A stretch of DNA of 64,000 nucleotides, taken from positions 112,656,001 to 112,720,000 of the forward strand of contig NC_086097.1 in assembly GCF_963921235.1 (NCBI RefSeq), written 5' to 3'. Made by a program: the position numbers and the translations under genes. This stretch comes from Mobula hypostoma. Its lineage: Eukaryota. Of the stretch, positions 52,472-64,000 are shown piece by piece. The notes under the pieces were generated by a model that was given only the letters and a program-made list of their open reading frames with translations, was not told the DNA's origin and ran no database searches. The first letter of the stretch is position 1. Each line of letters begins with the position of its first letter.

Positions 52472-53526
52472 CTGCCTCTTCCCCCATCCTAAGAGCTGCT
52501 TGTTTTTGCTCCTTTCGTCCAGGCCCAGATCTGACAACAACCGCCATGCTGATTTGGCTGAGAAACCTCTGCAGCCGACCTCCACAGGGAACAACCATGC
52601 CTGCCATCCCTTGTCTTTACACTCCTGCACTAAGGGCAGGTACTTCAAGGCCTTTCTCTCGTGGGCCTCTTCCCATTCCTCCTCCCACGGCAGAGTCAGC
52701 TCAACCAGAATTATTTTCCTGTCTTCAGTTGACCACGGCACAATGTCCGGGCGTAGGGTTGTGTGCACCACATCTGGGAACTGCAGCCCCCTTCCCACAT
52801 TGACCCTCATCTCCCAGGACCTGGCCGTTAGCCGCAGATTGGGCTTTGGTTACGAAAGGCCTAGCTCCCTCTTTGATGAAAGTGATGACCTTCCTCAAAT
52901 CTGTGCCAGCCGTCCTCTTCTTGCATCTCTCCCGCTCTAGTGTGTCAGCAAGAGCCAGAAGCACCTTATCATGGTGCCACCTATACCGTCCTTAAGTTAG
53001 AGCTGTTTTACACCCAGACGGTATATGAGCCAGTGTCTCCTTTTGACCACAGAGCTTACAGATCGGGTCCTCTCTCATCCCCCATGTGTACAGATGTAAT
53101 GGCGAAGGAAGGGTGTCATGCACGGTTTGCACAAGAAAGGAAATATGGAAGGGCTCCAGTCTCCATAACTCTGCCCATGAGGTCTTGCGCTTGGGCAGAT
53201 CCCATTTTGTCCAGGCACTCTGGGACCCTTGTTCCACTGCCTTTGACATCCGCTTCTCTTCCTCACGGATCCGTAATTCTGCCTGTACCATGTCTCGCCT
53301 GTTCCTTATGCTTGTGCTTCCTTACTGCTGGAAGTGAACTGAGCTGAGGCCTTGCCACCCTATGCAGGGGTTGCCGATGATATCTCGCATCTTCAGAGAA
53401 CACACTGCCTGCTCCACAGCTGCGTTGGCTGCCCACTTGCACCCAGATCTGGTTGTAACACCTGCAACACACATCAAAGTTGCTGGTGAACGCAGCAGGC
53501 CAAGCAGCATCTCTAGGAAGAGGTAC

Positions 53527-53562
53527 AGTCAACATTTCAGGCCGAGACCCTTCGTCAGGACT
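53527..53562 (-). ncRNA. Minimal hammerhead motif (CpG-decayed)
   Basis: agtc-CTGACGA-agg(gtctcgg)cct-GAAA-tgtt-gact. Confidence 0.7.
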
Positions 53563-55716
53563 AACTGAAGAAAGAGCTAGTAAGAGTCTTAGAAGGGGGA
53601 GGGGGAGGGGGAGATCCAAAATGATAGGAGAAGACAGGAGGGGGAGGGATGGAGCCAAGAACTGGACAGGTGATAGGCAAAAGGGATATGAGAGGATCAT
53701 GGGACAGGAGGCCCAGGGAGAAGGAAAAGGGGGAGGGGGGAAACCCAGAGGATGGGCAAGGGGTATAGTCAGAGGGCCAGAGGGAGAAATAGGAGAGTGA
53801 GAGAAGGAATGTGTGTATATAAATAACGGATGGGGGCCAGGGAACTTAAAATCATCGAAAAGTTTAAGAGCATGAGAAGCGTCACGAACATAGGTAGGAA
53901 GGGATTGAACAAGGGGGGATAAAACCCTGTCGAGGTATGCAGAAACAAGTTCGGTGGGGCAGGAGCAAGCTGAGGCAATAGGTCTGCCAGGACAGGCAGG
54001 TTTGTGGATCTTGGGTAGGAGGTAGAAACGGGCCCTGGGGTTCCCTGGCCCCCACCACTTTATTTTCACCATGGATGTCCAGACCCTATATACTTACATC
54101 CCCCATCAGGAAGGTCTCAAAGCTCTCCACTTCTTTTTGGATTCCAGACCTAATCGGTTCCCCTCTACACCACTCTGCTCCGTCTAGCGGAATTGGTCCT
54201 TACTCTTAATAATTTCTCCTTTGACTCCTCCTACTTCCTCCAAACTAAAGGTGTAGCTATGGGCACCCGCATGGGTCCGAGCTATGCCTGCCTTTTTGTT
54301 GGCTTTGTGGAACAATCTATGTTCCGTACCCATTCTGGTATCTGTCCCCCACTTTTCCTTCGCTACATCGACGACTGCATTGGCGCTGCTTCCTGCACGC
54401 ATGCTGAGCTCGTTGACTTTATCAACTTTGCCTCCAACTTTCACCCTGCCCTCAAGTTTACCTGGTCCATTTCCGACACCTCCCTCACCTTTCTAGATCT
54501 TTCTGTCTCTATCTCTGGAGACAGCTTATCTACTGATGTCTACTATAAGCCTACTGACTCTCACGGCTATCTGGACTATTCCTCTTCTCACCCTGTCTCT
54601 TGCAAAAATACCATCCCCTTCTCGCAATTCCTCCGTCTCCGCCGCATCTGCTCTCAGGATGAGGCTTTTCATTCCAGGACGAGGGAGATGTCCTCCTTTT
54701 TTAAAGAAAGGGGCTTCCCTTCCTCACTATCAACTCTGCTCTCAAACGCATCTCCCCCATTTCACGCACATCTGTCCTCACTCCATCCTCCCGCCACCCC
54801 ACTAGGAATTGGGTTCCATTGGTCCTCACCTACCACCCCACCAGCCTCCAGATCCAACATATTATTCTCCGTAACTTCCGCCACCTCCAACGGGATCCCA
54901 CCACCAAGCACACCTTTCCCTCACCCCCCCACCCCCCGCTTTCCACAAGGATCACTCCCTACGCGACTTCCTTGTCCATTCGTCCCCCCCATCTCTCCCC
55001 ACTGATCTCCCTCCTGGCACTTATCCTTGTAAGCGGAACAAGTGCTACACATGCCCTTACACTTCCTCCCTTACCACCATTCAGGGCCCAAGACAGTCCT
55101 TCCAGGTGAGGCGACACTTCACCTGTGAGTCGACTGGGGTGATATACTGCGTCCGGTGCTCCCGATGTGGCCTTCTATATACTGGCGAGACCCGACGCAG
55201 ACTGGGAGATCGTTTTGTTGAACACCTCCGCTCTGTCCACCAGAGAAAGCAGGATCTCCCGGTGGCCACACATTTTAATTCCACATCCCATCCCATTCTG
55301 ACATGTCCATCCACGGCCTCCTCTACTGTAAAGATGAAGCCACACTCAGGTTGGAGGTACAACACTTTATATTCCGTCTGGGTAGCCTCCAACCTGATGG
55401 CATGAACATTGACTTCTCTAACTTCCGCTTATGCCCTACCTCCCCCTCGTACCCCATCCATTATTTATATACACATATTCTTTCTCTCACTCTCCTTTTT
55501 CTCCCTCTGACTATACCCCTTGCCCATTCTCTGGGTTCCCCCCCTCCCCCTTTTCCTTCTCCCTGGGCCTCCTGTCCCATGATCCTCTCATATCCCTTTT
55601 GCCAATCACCTGTCCAGCTCTTGGCTCCATCCCTCCCCCTCCTGTCTTCTCCTATCATTTTGGATCTCCCCCTCCCCCTCCCACTTTTAAATCTCTTACT
55701 AGCCTTTTCTTCAGTT

Positions 55717-55752
55717 AGTCCTGATGAAGGGTCCCGGCCTGAAACGTCGACT
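55717..55752 (+). ncRNA. Minimal type-I hammerhead ribozyme, intact core
   Basis: agtc-CTGATGA-agg(gtcccgg)cct-GAAAC-GTC^-gact. Predicted cut after 55748. Confidence 0.87.
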
Positions 55753-55993
55753 GTACCTCTTCCTAGAGATGCTGCCTGGCCTGCTGCATTCACCAGCAAA
55801 CCTTGATGTGTGTTGCTTGAATTTCCAGCATTTGCAGAATTCCTCGTGTTTGGTTGTAACACCTGCTTGCTTTACCAAGACATCATTAGAATCTCTCAAG
55901 CTTAATAAGGCTCTGCATTTTGCCACCTTGAATTCCTCCACAACAGATGACAGCGGAAACAGCAGTTGCCCAAATTGAATATAGAGATTACCT

Positions 55994-56018
55994 AATTAAT
56001 TAATTAATTAATTAATTA
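55994..56018. repeat. (TAAT)n microsatellite
   Basis: Read directly from the sequence. Confidence 0.9.
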
Positions 56019-56019
56019 T

Positions 56020-56390
56020 CTCTTCCCCCCCCCCCCCCCTTTTTTCTCTCTTTATCCCTCTCACAATCACTTTTTGCCTGCTCTCCATCTTCCTCTGGGC
56101 TCCCCTCCCCCTTTCTTTCTTCCTAGGCCTCCCATCCCATGATCCTCCCCCTTCTCCAGCTCAGTATCCCTTTCGCCAATCAACTTTCCAGCTCTTAGCT
56201 TCATCCATCTCCGTCCTGTCTTCTATCATTTCGGATCCCCCCTCCCCCTCCCACTTTGTAATCTCTTACTATCTCTTCTTTCAGTTAGTCCTGACAAAGG
56301 GTTTTGGCCCGAAACGTCAACTTCCTATAGCCTCTTCCTATAGATGCTGCCTGGCCTGCTGCGTTCCACCAGCATTTTGGGTGTGTTGCA
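56020..56390 (+). mobile_element. Solo PLE pLTR, hammerhead core mutated (CTGACAA)
   Basis: Homologous to 16120-16442. Confidence 0.85.
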
Positions 56391-56849
56391 GCAATCAAAT
56401 TAAATGCGGTCAAAGGAGACAAACTAAAATCACATTGAAAATGGAAACTGCTTCAAAATGTGAATTCTTGTAAGACAATAATGCACGGATAAAAGATAGA
56501 GAAGCTAATTTGGTTTATTAAACACAATCTTTAAACAGCGTATGTAAAATCTGACGTATCAGCTTCACAAACTTTGTTCCTCAAGGAAATATTCAAGTTT
56601 GCCTGATGATTATAAGCATTGTGTTATTCAGGAAATAAAGACAAATGGGAAAGGGCCAGGGCTCACTGTTGGAGCTCACAATTCTCTCTCTTAATTATAT
56701 AGTTTTATGTTAAAGTGTCAAATTGTGCTGAGGTTTATGAATATTGGGTTGAAGTTCAAGTCTGATGGGAATGGGAATCCCCCAAAAGCTTTTCCAGTTG
56801 GTCATCTGATTAGGAACTTATCAGTCTGACAAACGTGCTGTCCACATAC

Positions 56850-57140
56850 CCTCTGTGGCCAGTTTTTTAGGTACACTTGCTTGTTAATACAAATATCTAA
56901 TCAGGCAATCATGTGGCAGCAATTCAATGCATAAAAGCATCCAGACATAAAGGTTCAGTTGTTGTTCAGACCAAACATCGCGATGGGAATAAAGTGTGAT
57001 CTAAGTGACTTTGACCATGGAATTATTATGGGTGCCAGATGGGATGGTTTGAGTGTCACAAAAACTGCTGATCTCCTGGGATTTTCACGCACAACGATCT
57101 CTAAAGTTTAGAGAGAATAGTGTGAGAAACAAAAAGCGCC
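56850..57140 (+). mobile_element. Tc1-like element, left part
   Basis: Homologous to 35306-35600. Confidence 0.85.
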
Positions 57141-57645
57141 CACCTAGGGAGTGAGAGTCCTCAAACATTAATTTGCTCATTGATTTTCTAAAACATTAAT
57201 TGTTCCCTAAAACATTAACTTGGTTCTGATAAATGGTACAGATGTCTCTCCTACATTGTACAAATTGATTCAGAGAACTTAAATCAATTCCCAGAAATGT
57301 TGTTCCTTTTACAGTATCAGACAATGAAAATTCATTGGAATTTAATTGAATTGCATTAAAAAATCTTCTTCAGCATTATGCCATAGAAGATTGGTCTTTT
57401 CTGAGAGTAAAACCATACAGAGATGCTTTCAGGCCATTTTCTATCTCTCCAAGAATCCAGTTTAAGCTGAGAGACATTCTTGCACACATGACACCAGTTC
57501 CACATAGGAATTTTCAAGGCATGTGGTAATGTCATTCCTTTGTGAGATGTTGAATTCAATTGTTCTAGGAGAGACACCTAATCAGTTTATGCTAAATCAA
57601 TAGCAAAGTGATGGGAAGTGTTACTGTCGAACAAGATTTACCACC

Positions 57646-57706
57646 AATAATTTGGTCATCTCCAAATATGGACCTAGGTCCCATATTTGGAGATGACCAA
57701 ATTATT
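57646..57706. repeat. 61-bp near-perfect palindrome
   Basis: 26-bp perfect arms (57646-57671/57681-57706) around acctaggt plus one extra c. Confidence 0.95.
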
Positions 57707-57709
57707 CTA

Positions 57710-58745
57710 GAGGTGAGATCAAAGGGACTGTCTTTGACCTTAAGGCAAAATTTGACTGCGTGTGGTATTAGGGTATCCTTATAAAATTGAGAAAATACTT
57801 CCAATAATTAGAGTCTTTCCTCCAAAGGCAAATGGTTATGGTTTAGTCACTCTGGTCCTTGGGTGAGTTCCTCAGAGCAGTGTCCTAGACCCTACTATCT
57901 TCAGCCTCTTCATTGAAGACTTTCTTTTCATCACAAGGTCAGAAGTAGAGATGATTATTGATGACAGCACATTCAATTCTATTAACAGCTCCTCAGCAAA
58001 TAAACAATTCCATTTACAAAATACAAAGTACAAAGTGCATAAATTATCAAAGTATGCATGCTTTATTAACCTTGAGATTTGTCTCCTTATAGGTAGCCAC
58101 AAAACAAAGACATGAATCTCAAAATATGCATTTCTGCATTAATCAAGAGTTTCATAATATTTGGGCACAGGCTGATAATTGGCAGGTGACATTCTCCCCA
58201 AAAATGTCTCAGGCAATTTTTATCTACGAGATGAGTGAGGTTAATTGTTCACCTTGTCATTCAATTGGATTACCATGGTCAAATTTACTGCTATCAACAT
58301 CCTGGGCACTCATCATTAGCCTGAAAAACTGGACCACCTAAAAAGTTATGTCATTACCAGGGTATCCTGTAATGACTAATCAACCTCTTTTCAACCCAAA
58401 AGCTTTATTTTATCAATAAGACACACCAGAAATATTCTCCACTTTTGTCTAAGTAAGTGAATTTCAAACAACATTCAAGAAGGTCGATCATATTGAATAG
58501 AAAGCTGACCACTTGATTAAAACCCTGTCCATCAATCTAAATGCCCCCATCACGAGTTGAACTCACCTAGGTTATTCTGAGAGCATCTCTAAACCTGTCA
58601 CTTCTACAGTGCACGGAAATACCCTGACCTACACATTCATTCTCATGTCATACTGATCTTCATTTGAAAATATACCTCTGTTCCCATTATTACTTGGTCA
58701 AAATCCTCGAACTCCAACCCAAACAACACTGTAGGAGTCCTTCCA
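57710..58745 (+). mobile_element. Ancient CR1/L2-group LINE RT relic
   Basis: Decayed motifs: DLKAKFDCVW (about 57735), gttcctcagagcagtgtccta (VPQ.SVL), attgatgac (.DD), WAQADNWQVTF. Confidence 0.6.
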
Positions 58746-58749
58746 CCAA

Positions 58750-59988
58750 AAGCATGCAGACATGGTCAGGAGGTTCTGTTATTGTTCAGACCAAACAACA
58801 GAATGGGGAAGAAATGTGATTTTGACCATGGAATGATTGTTGGTGCCAGATGGAGTGGTTTGAGTATCACAGAAACTGCTCATCTCCTGGGATTTTCATA
58901 CACAACAGTCTATAGTTTACAGGGAATGGTACGAGAAACAAAACACATCTAGTGAGTAGCAGTTCTGTGGGCAAAACTGCCTTGATAATGAGAAAGGTCA
59001 GAGGAGAATGGCAAAACTGGTTCAAACTGACAGGAAGGCGACAGAAACTCAAACAACCATGCTTTGCCACAGTGGTGATCAGAAGAGTATTTCTGAATGC
59101 ATAATACATTGAACGTTGAAGTGGATGGGCTACAGCAACAGGAAAACAGATTATTATCTGAATGGTGGCCGATTAGGAAAAGGGGAGGTGCAACGAGACC
59201 TGGGTGTCATTGTACACCAGTCATTGAAAGTGGGCATACAGGTACAGCAGGCAGTGAAAAAGGCGAACGGTATGCTGGCATTTATAGCAAGAGGATTCGA
59301 GTACAGGAGCAGGGAGGTACTACTGCAGTTGTACAAGGCCTTGGTGAGACCACACCTGGAGTATTGTGTGCAGTTTTGGTCCCCTAATCTGAGGAAAGAC
59401 ATTCTTGCCTTAGAGGGAATACAAAGAAAGTTCACCAGATTGATTCCTGGGATGGCAGGACTTTCATATAATGAAAGACTGGATCGACTAGGCTTATACT
59501 CGTTGGAATTTAGAAGATTGGGGTGGAGGATCTTATTGAAACGTATAAAATCCTAAAGGGATTGGACAGGTTAAATGCAGGAAAATTGTTCCTGACGTTG
59601 GGGAAGTTCAAAACGAGGGGTCACAGTTTAAGGATAAAGGGGAAGCCTTTTAGGACCGAAATGAGGAAAAACTTCTTCACACTGAGAGTGGTGAATCTGT
59701 GGAATTCTCTGCCACAGGAAACAGTTGAGGCCAGTTCATTGGCTATATTTAAGAGGGAATTAGATATGGCCCTTGTGGCTGAAGGGATCAGTGGGTATGG
59801 AGAGAAGGCAGGTACAGGGTTTTGAGTTGGATGATCAGCCATGATCATACTGAATGGCGGTGCAGGCTCTAAGGGCCGAATGGCCTACTCCTGCACCTAT
59901 TTTCTATGTTTCTATGAAAACAATGAACGTACTCTCTGTGGCCACTATATTAAGTACAGGACGTACGTAATAATGTTGCAACTGAGTG
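58750..59988 (+). mobile_element. Tc1-like element split by a CR1 insertion
   Basis: Tc1 relic 58750-59141 and terminal hairpin 59932-59988. Confidence 0.85.
59149..59915 (+). mobile_element. Young CR1 3' end
   Basis: QRDLGVIVH..KKANGMLAFI..LYKALVRPHLEYC. One frameshift near 59520. TSD gaaaaca (59142-59148/59916-59922). Confidence 0.95.
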
Positions 59989-60274
59989 TAAAAAGATGTA
60001 TCAATTATAGGAAATCCTAGTAATTGATCAGATATGAACTAGTCAAAGGAGGGAAAAACAAGCAGAAAAGGAGGAAGTCAAGAGATATCCATCTCTTTTG
60101 TAGGCAGCAAAATTCCCTGAAAGAATGCTTTCTCCAAAAGGACCTCAGCCATTTAAAACAATGACACACTGCCAACTTCTCATTGGCAACTAGGTTTTGA
60201 CATTATCAGCAACACCCACTTAATGAAGAATGAGAAAATAAATAATACTTCACCTTTGCAGTCAAATGTGGTCA

Positions 60275-60462
60275 GCGGAAGTGTTGGATGCAGGATCCAT
60301 TTCAACATTTAAGAAAAATTTGGATAAGTACTTGAAGGGGAGGGGTATGGAGGTCTATGGTCCAGATATGGGCAAATGGGACAAGGTGGAATAATATTTT
60401 GGTATGGTCTAGATGGGCTGAAGGGCTTATTTCTGCACTGTAGTGCTCTATGACTCTATGAT
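60275..60462 (+). mobile_element. CR1 3' tip
   Basis: gggctgaagggcttatttctgcactgtagtgctctatgactctatga. Confidence 0.75.
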
Positions 60463-60999
60463 GGGACCATTTTCAGATATTTTATTGGCTTACCTTCTAT
60501 TCAAATTTCAAAGCCCCCACAAATGAAACCCCGCTGATTTCCTTGGCTACATAAGTCTAGGAAAGACACACTCTGGTCCTACCAAACCTGTGAGATTGAG
60601 AAGGCTCTCCAACCTCAAACCCCGTTTTGTGTGGATGCTGTGTAATTTGCTACTCTGTTACAACTCAGTGCTGAGAAATAATAGACAGCATGCTGCATAC
60701 GGTTAAAGGAATTATATTTATGAATCTTAACTAAAGGATTAGTAAAGAAAAGAAAAAAACAAAAAAGGGCCTATAATAATTGAACAGTCAAATGTGCACC
60801 AGTTGGAGCTCAATTCACTGATCCTCTGTCGATCTCAGTGTCTGGTTCCATCAAATCATGATCTCCCTACTGGGTCGTATCCCACAACTGGTTCTCTCCG
60901 GCATCCTCTCTCTTCATCTCCGACCGAGCAAAGGACCCAGCTCACATTCCAAAGTACCTGTTTTCTCTCCCATAACCCAAACACTGCTTGTACAGAAAT

Positions 61000-61522
61000 A
61001 CCATTACGTTCTACGAGTCTGTGGTGGCCAGTGCTATCATGTTTGCTGTTGTGTGCTGGGGCAGCAGGCTGAGGGTGGCAGACACCAACAGAATCAACAA
61101 ACTTATTTGTAAGGCCAGTGATGTTGTGGGGATGGAATTGGACTCTCTCACGGTGGTGTCTGAAAAGAGGATGTTGTCTAAGTTGCATGCCATCTTGGTC
61201 AATGTCTCCCATCCACTACATAATGTACTGGGTGGGCACAGGAGTACATTCAGCCAGAGACTCATTCCACTGAGATGCAGCACAGAGCGTCATAGGAAGT
61301 CATTCCTGCCTGTGGCCATCAAACTTTACAACTCCTCCCTTGGAGGGTCAGACACCCTGTGCCGATAGACTGGTCCTGGACTTATTTCATAATTTACCGG
61401 CATAATTTACATATTACTATTTAACTATTTATGGTTTTATTACTATTTATTATTTATGGTGCAACTGTAACGAAAACCAGTTTCTCCCTGGGATCAATAA
61501 AGTATGACTATGACTATGACTA
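61000..61522 (+). mobile_element. Young Rex1/Babar 3' end
   Basis: FYESVVASAIMFAVVCWG...HPLH...TERHRKSFLPVAIKLYN. Ends aataaag(tatgac)n. Confidence 0.9.
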
Positions 61523-61589
61523 GCAGTGAATCCTTTCCCAGGGTGTTACAAAAGTAAATTTATTATCAAGACAATTATACTGTGTGTTA

Positions 61590-61935
61590 CCATTTACATC
61601 TACGACCAGTCTATTGAAGAAGATGGGGGTGAGGGATCACTCCCTCCAACAAGCAATCAAGTCCTTGTCAAACGCAGCAGAAGAAAGCAGCAATTGGATT
61701 TGGGTTAAAAGGAAAGACAACAACTGGGCTGCAAGATGAAGACAGGAGGGTATGGAACTGAGGGGGTTGTACCTGGGAGGCCAGGTAGCACCGTTGAGCC
61801 CTCTGGAGATGTCGTGGGCTTATCAATGAAACGTCAAAGAAGGAAGGTGCCCACCTGATGACCCCAATGACGTACCTACCCTCCCTCCTTGTCACCACTC
61901 CAAGCCCACTGCCAACATTGAGAGTGCCAACTTAC
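61590..61935 (+). mobile_element. 3' tip of a second HERO-type family
   Basis: AIKSLSNAAEESSNWIWVKRKDNNWAAR* (stop near 61739) parallels GEEAERASYWIWSRR of the 52-kb element. Shares the 3' UTR motif. Confidence 0.75.
61808..61865 (+). ncRNA. Candidate rearranged hammerhead-like motif in the HERO 3' UTR (family B)
   Basis: gatGTC^gtgggc-ttatcaat-GAAAcgtc-aaagaaggaaggt-gcccac-CTGATGA-cccc. Confidence 0.55.
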
Positions 61936-62450
61936 CACAGGGATTGAAACATCAAGTTCTAGTAGCTCTACTACCAATATTACTACCTTAACATTTATTT
62001 ATTTGCAGGTATTTACAGGAAAAGGGAAACATAATAGAATTTTGCAAGATTAAAACTGTACGTGAACAAAGAATGACAAACAGCCAATGTGCAAAAGAAG
62101 ACAAACTGTGGAAATCAAAATAACATTGAGAACAAGAGATGGATTCGAAGAAGGAAGTCTGAGAGTCGGAGCGGGAGTGCGGAGGAAGACATCTTTGAAT
62201 ATTTCAGTTTTTTTTCCATCGGCGTTCAGAGAGGCGGGACTGCGCAGGCGTGTGACATCGGGCAGTGAAGCGTGGAAGATTTAAAAGGAACAGAGCCTCA
62301 TACAGTGGGCAGCGTAGTTTGCGGGCAGCGGAGTGAGCCGGGAGCAGAGTGAAGGCTTAAGGGCTTCGGCTCAACGGGCTTAGGCGGAAACGGGTAAGGC
62401 GAGGAAGGTTTGGTATTCATTTTTTGTTGTTATTTGAGGAGAGGGGCAGT

Positions 62451-63385
62451 ATGAGTGTGAGGGCAGTTTGTTCTCGGTGCCGGATGTGGGAGGCCCTGGA
62501 GTCTCCAAGCCTCCTGGACGTCCACATCTGCGCCAGGTGCGCCGAGATGCAGCTCCTAAGGGACTGCGTTAGGGAACTGGAGCTGCAGCTCGATGACCTT
62601 CGTCTGGTCAGGGAGAGTGAGGAGTTGATAGAGAGGAGTTACAGGCAGGTGGTCACACCGGGGCCACGGAAGGCAGACCAGTGGGTCACGGTTAGGAGGG
62701 GGAAGGGGAAGAGTCAGGTAATAGAGAGTACCCCGGTGGCTGTGCCCCTTGACAACAGGTACTCCTGTTTGAGTACTGTTGGGGGGGGGGACAGCTTACC
62801 CGGGGGAAGTGACAGTGGCCGCGCCTCCGGCACAGAGTCCGGCCCTGTAGCTCAGAAGGGTAGGGAAAGGAAGAGGAGGGCAGTTGTAATAGGGGACTCA
62901 ATAGTAAGGGGGTCAGATATGCGATTCTGTGGACGCAGTCCAGAGACCCGGATGGTAGTTTGCTTCCCTGGTGCCAGGGTCCGGGATATTTCTGATCGTG
63001 TCCAAGATATCCTGAAGTGGGAGGGTGAGGAGCCAGAGGTCGTGGTACATATAGGTACCAATGACATAGGTGGGAAAAGGGAAGAGGTCCTGAAAGGAGA
63101 ATATAGGGAGCTAGGAAGGGAGTTGAGAAAAAGGACCGCAAAGTAGTAATCTCGGGATTACTGCCTGTGCCATGCGACAGTGAGAGTAGGAATGCAATGA
63201 GGTGGAGGATAAATGCGTGGCTGAGGGATTGGAGCAGGGGGCAGGGATTCAAGTTTTTGGATCATTGGGACCTCTTTTGGCGCAGGCGTGACCTGTACAA
63301 AAAGGATGGGTTACACTTGAACCCTAGGGGGACCAATATCCTGGCAGGGAGATTAGCGAGGGCTACTGAGATGACTTTAAACTAG
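62451..63385 (+). pseudogene. CR1 ORF1 (zinc finger, coiled coil, SGNH esterase) with one frameshift near 63143
   Basis: CSRC..HICARC, VRELELQLDDL, VIGDSIV, FPGARV, HIGTND, DGLHLN. Confidence 0.92.
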
Positions 63386-63609
63386 AATGATTGGGGGGTG
63401 GGAATCAAATTAAAGAGGCTAGGCGAGAGGAGGTTAATTCACAACAGGGAGATGGGAACCAGTGCAGAGAGACAGAGGGGTGTAAAGTGAGGGTAAAAGC
63501 AAAAAGTAGTCAGGTGAAAAGTAGAAGTGGCAGGCCGACAAATCCAGGGCAAGCATCAAAAAGGACGACTTTTCAACATAATTGTATAAGGGCTAAGAGA
63601 GTTGTAAAA

Positions 63610-64000
63610 GAGCGCCTGAAGGCTTTGTGTGTCAATGCCAGGAGCATTCGTAACAAGGTGGATGAATTAAAAGTGCAGATTGTTATTAATGAATATGATA
63701 TAGTTGGGATCACAGAGACGGCTCCAGGGTGACCCAGGATAGGAGCTCAACATTCAGGGATATTCAATATTCGGGGGGGATAGACATGAAAGAAAAGGAG
63801 GTGGGGTGGCGTTGCTGGTTAGCGAGGAGATTAACGCAATAGAAAGGAAGGACATAAGCCGGGAAGATGTGGAATCGATATGGGTAGAGCTGCATAACAC
63901 TAAGGGGCAGAAAACGCTGGTGGGAGTTGTGTACAGGCCACCTAACAGTAGTAGTGAGGTCGGAGATGGTATTAAACAGGAAATTAGAAATGTGTTCAAT
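63610..64000 (+). pseudogene. CR1 ORF2 APE endonuclease N-terminus (disrupted near 63720)
   Basis: LKALCVNARSIRNKVDEL..YDIVGITET, then DR..RKGGGVALLV..ESIWVEL..VGVVYRPP. Confidence 0.92.

Larger units (their letters stand above)
53466..55850 (+). mobile_element. PLE insertion with inverted 5' module (minus 53466-54040, plus 54041-55850)
   Basis: 16-bp TSD tggttgtaacacctgc (53450-53465/55851-55866). RT (QTKGVAMG, RYIDD), GIY-YIG (GVIYCVRCSRCGLLYTGET) and pLTRs at both ends in opposite orientation. Confidence 0.95.
52165..55990 (-). mobile_element. 5'-truncated HERO-type (RLE) non-LTR retrotransposon, interrupted twice by PLE
   Basis: CCHC knuckle CKLCGQKETLAHIPSGC and RLE motif LRPDIV..KIILVELTLPWEE..EEAHERKALKY..PVEVGCRGF. 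Upstream part EEFKVAKCRALLSLRDS resumes at 55867. No RT retained. Confidence 0.88.
62150..64000 (+). mobile_element. 5' end of a full-length-type CR1 (5' UTR, ORF1, start of ORF2), running off the window
   Basis: CpG-rich 5' UTR followed by ORF1 and an APE-type endonuclease start. Confidence 0.95.

Noticed and set aside
882..56390. Recurring 'SKLLVNAAGQAAS..' and 'SPDEGSRPET' ORFs as a small gene family
   Set aside because: These are translations of the non-coding pLTR/hammerhead sequence.

Overview
Repeat-dense, AT-rich vertebrate DNA, intergenic or deep intronic. A cartilaginous fish (probably a ray or skate) is inferred from the V-SINE/CR1/Rex1/Penelope repeat mix, not proven. I can support no intact host gene or exon. 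Most ORFs are decayed retroelement fragments: CR1, Rex1/Babar-type LINEs, Penelope-like elements (PLE; RT plus GIY-YIG), two HERO-type RLE retrotransposons and Gypsy LTR pieces. DNA transposons include a deleted hAT/Charlie element with an 8-bp TSD, a Tc1-derived non-autonomous family and a mariner-type foldback MITE. Main points: (1) the 3' UTRs of two divergent HERO families share a covarying motif with the hammerhead core nucleotides in a non-circularly permuted order; (2) about 15 minimal type-I hammerhead motifs sit in PLE pLTRs, often as inverted pairs; (3) an intronless RBM25 fragment is fused to a Gypsy 3' end and LTR; (4) the Tc1 family ends in a 57-bp double-TIR hairpin; (5) there are several multi-level nested insertions with readable TSDs. 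Family names come from recalled motifs, not database searches. Boundaries without a stated TSD are approximate.
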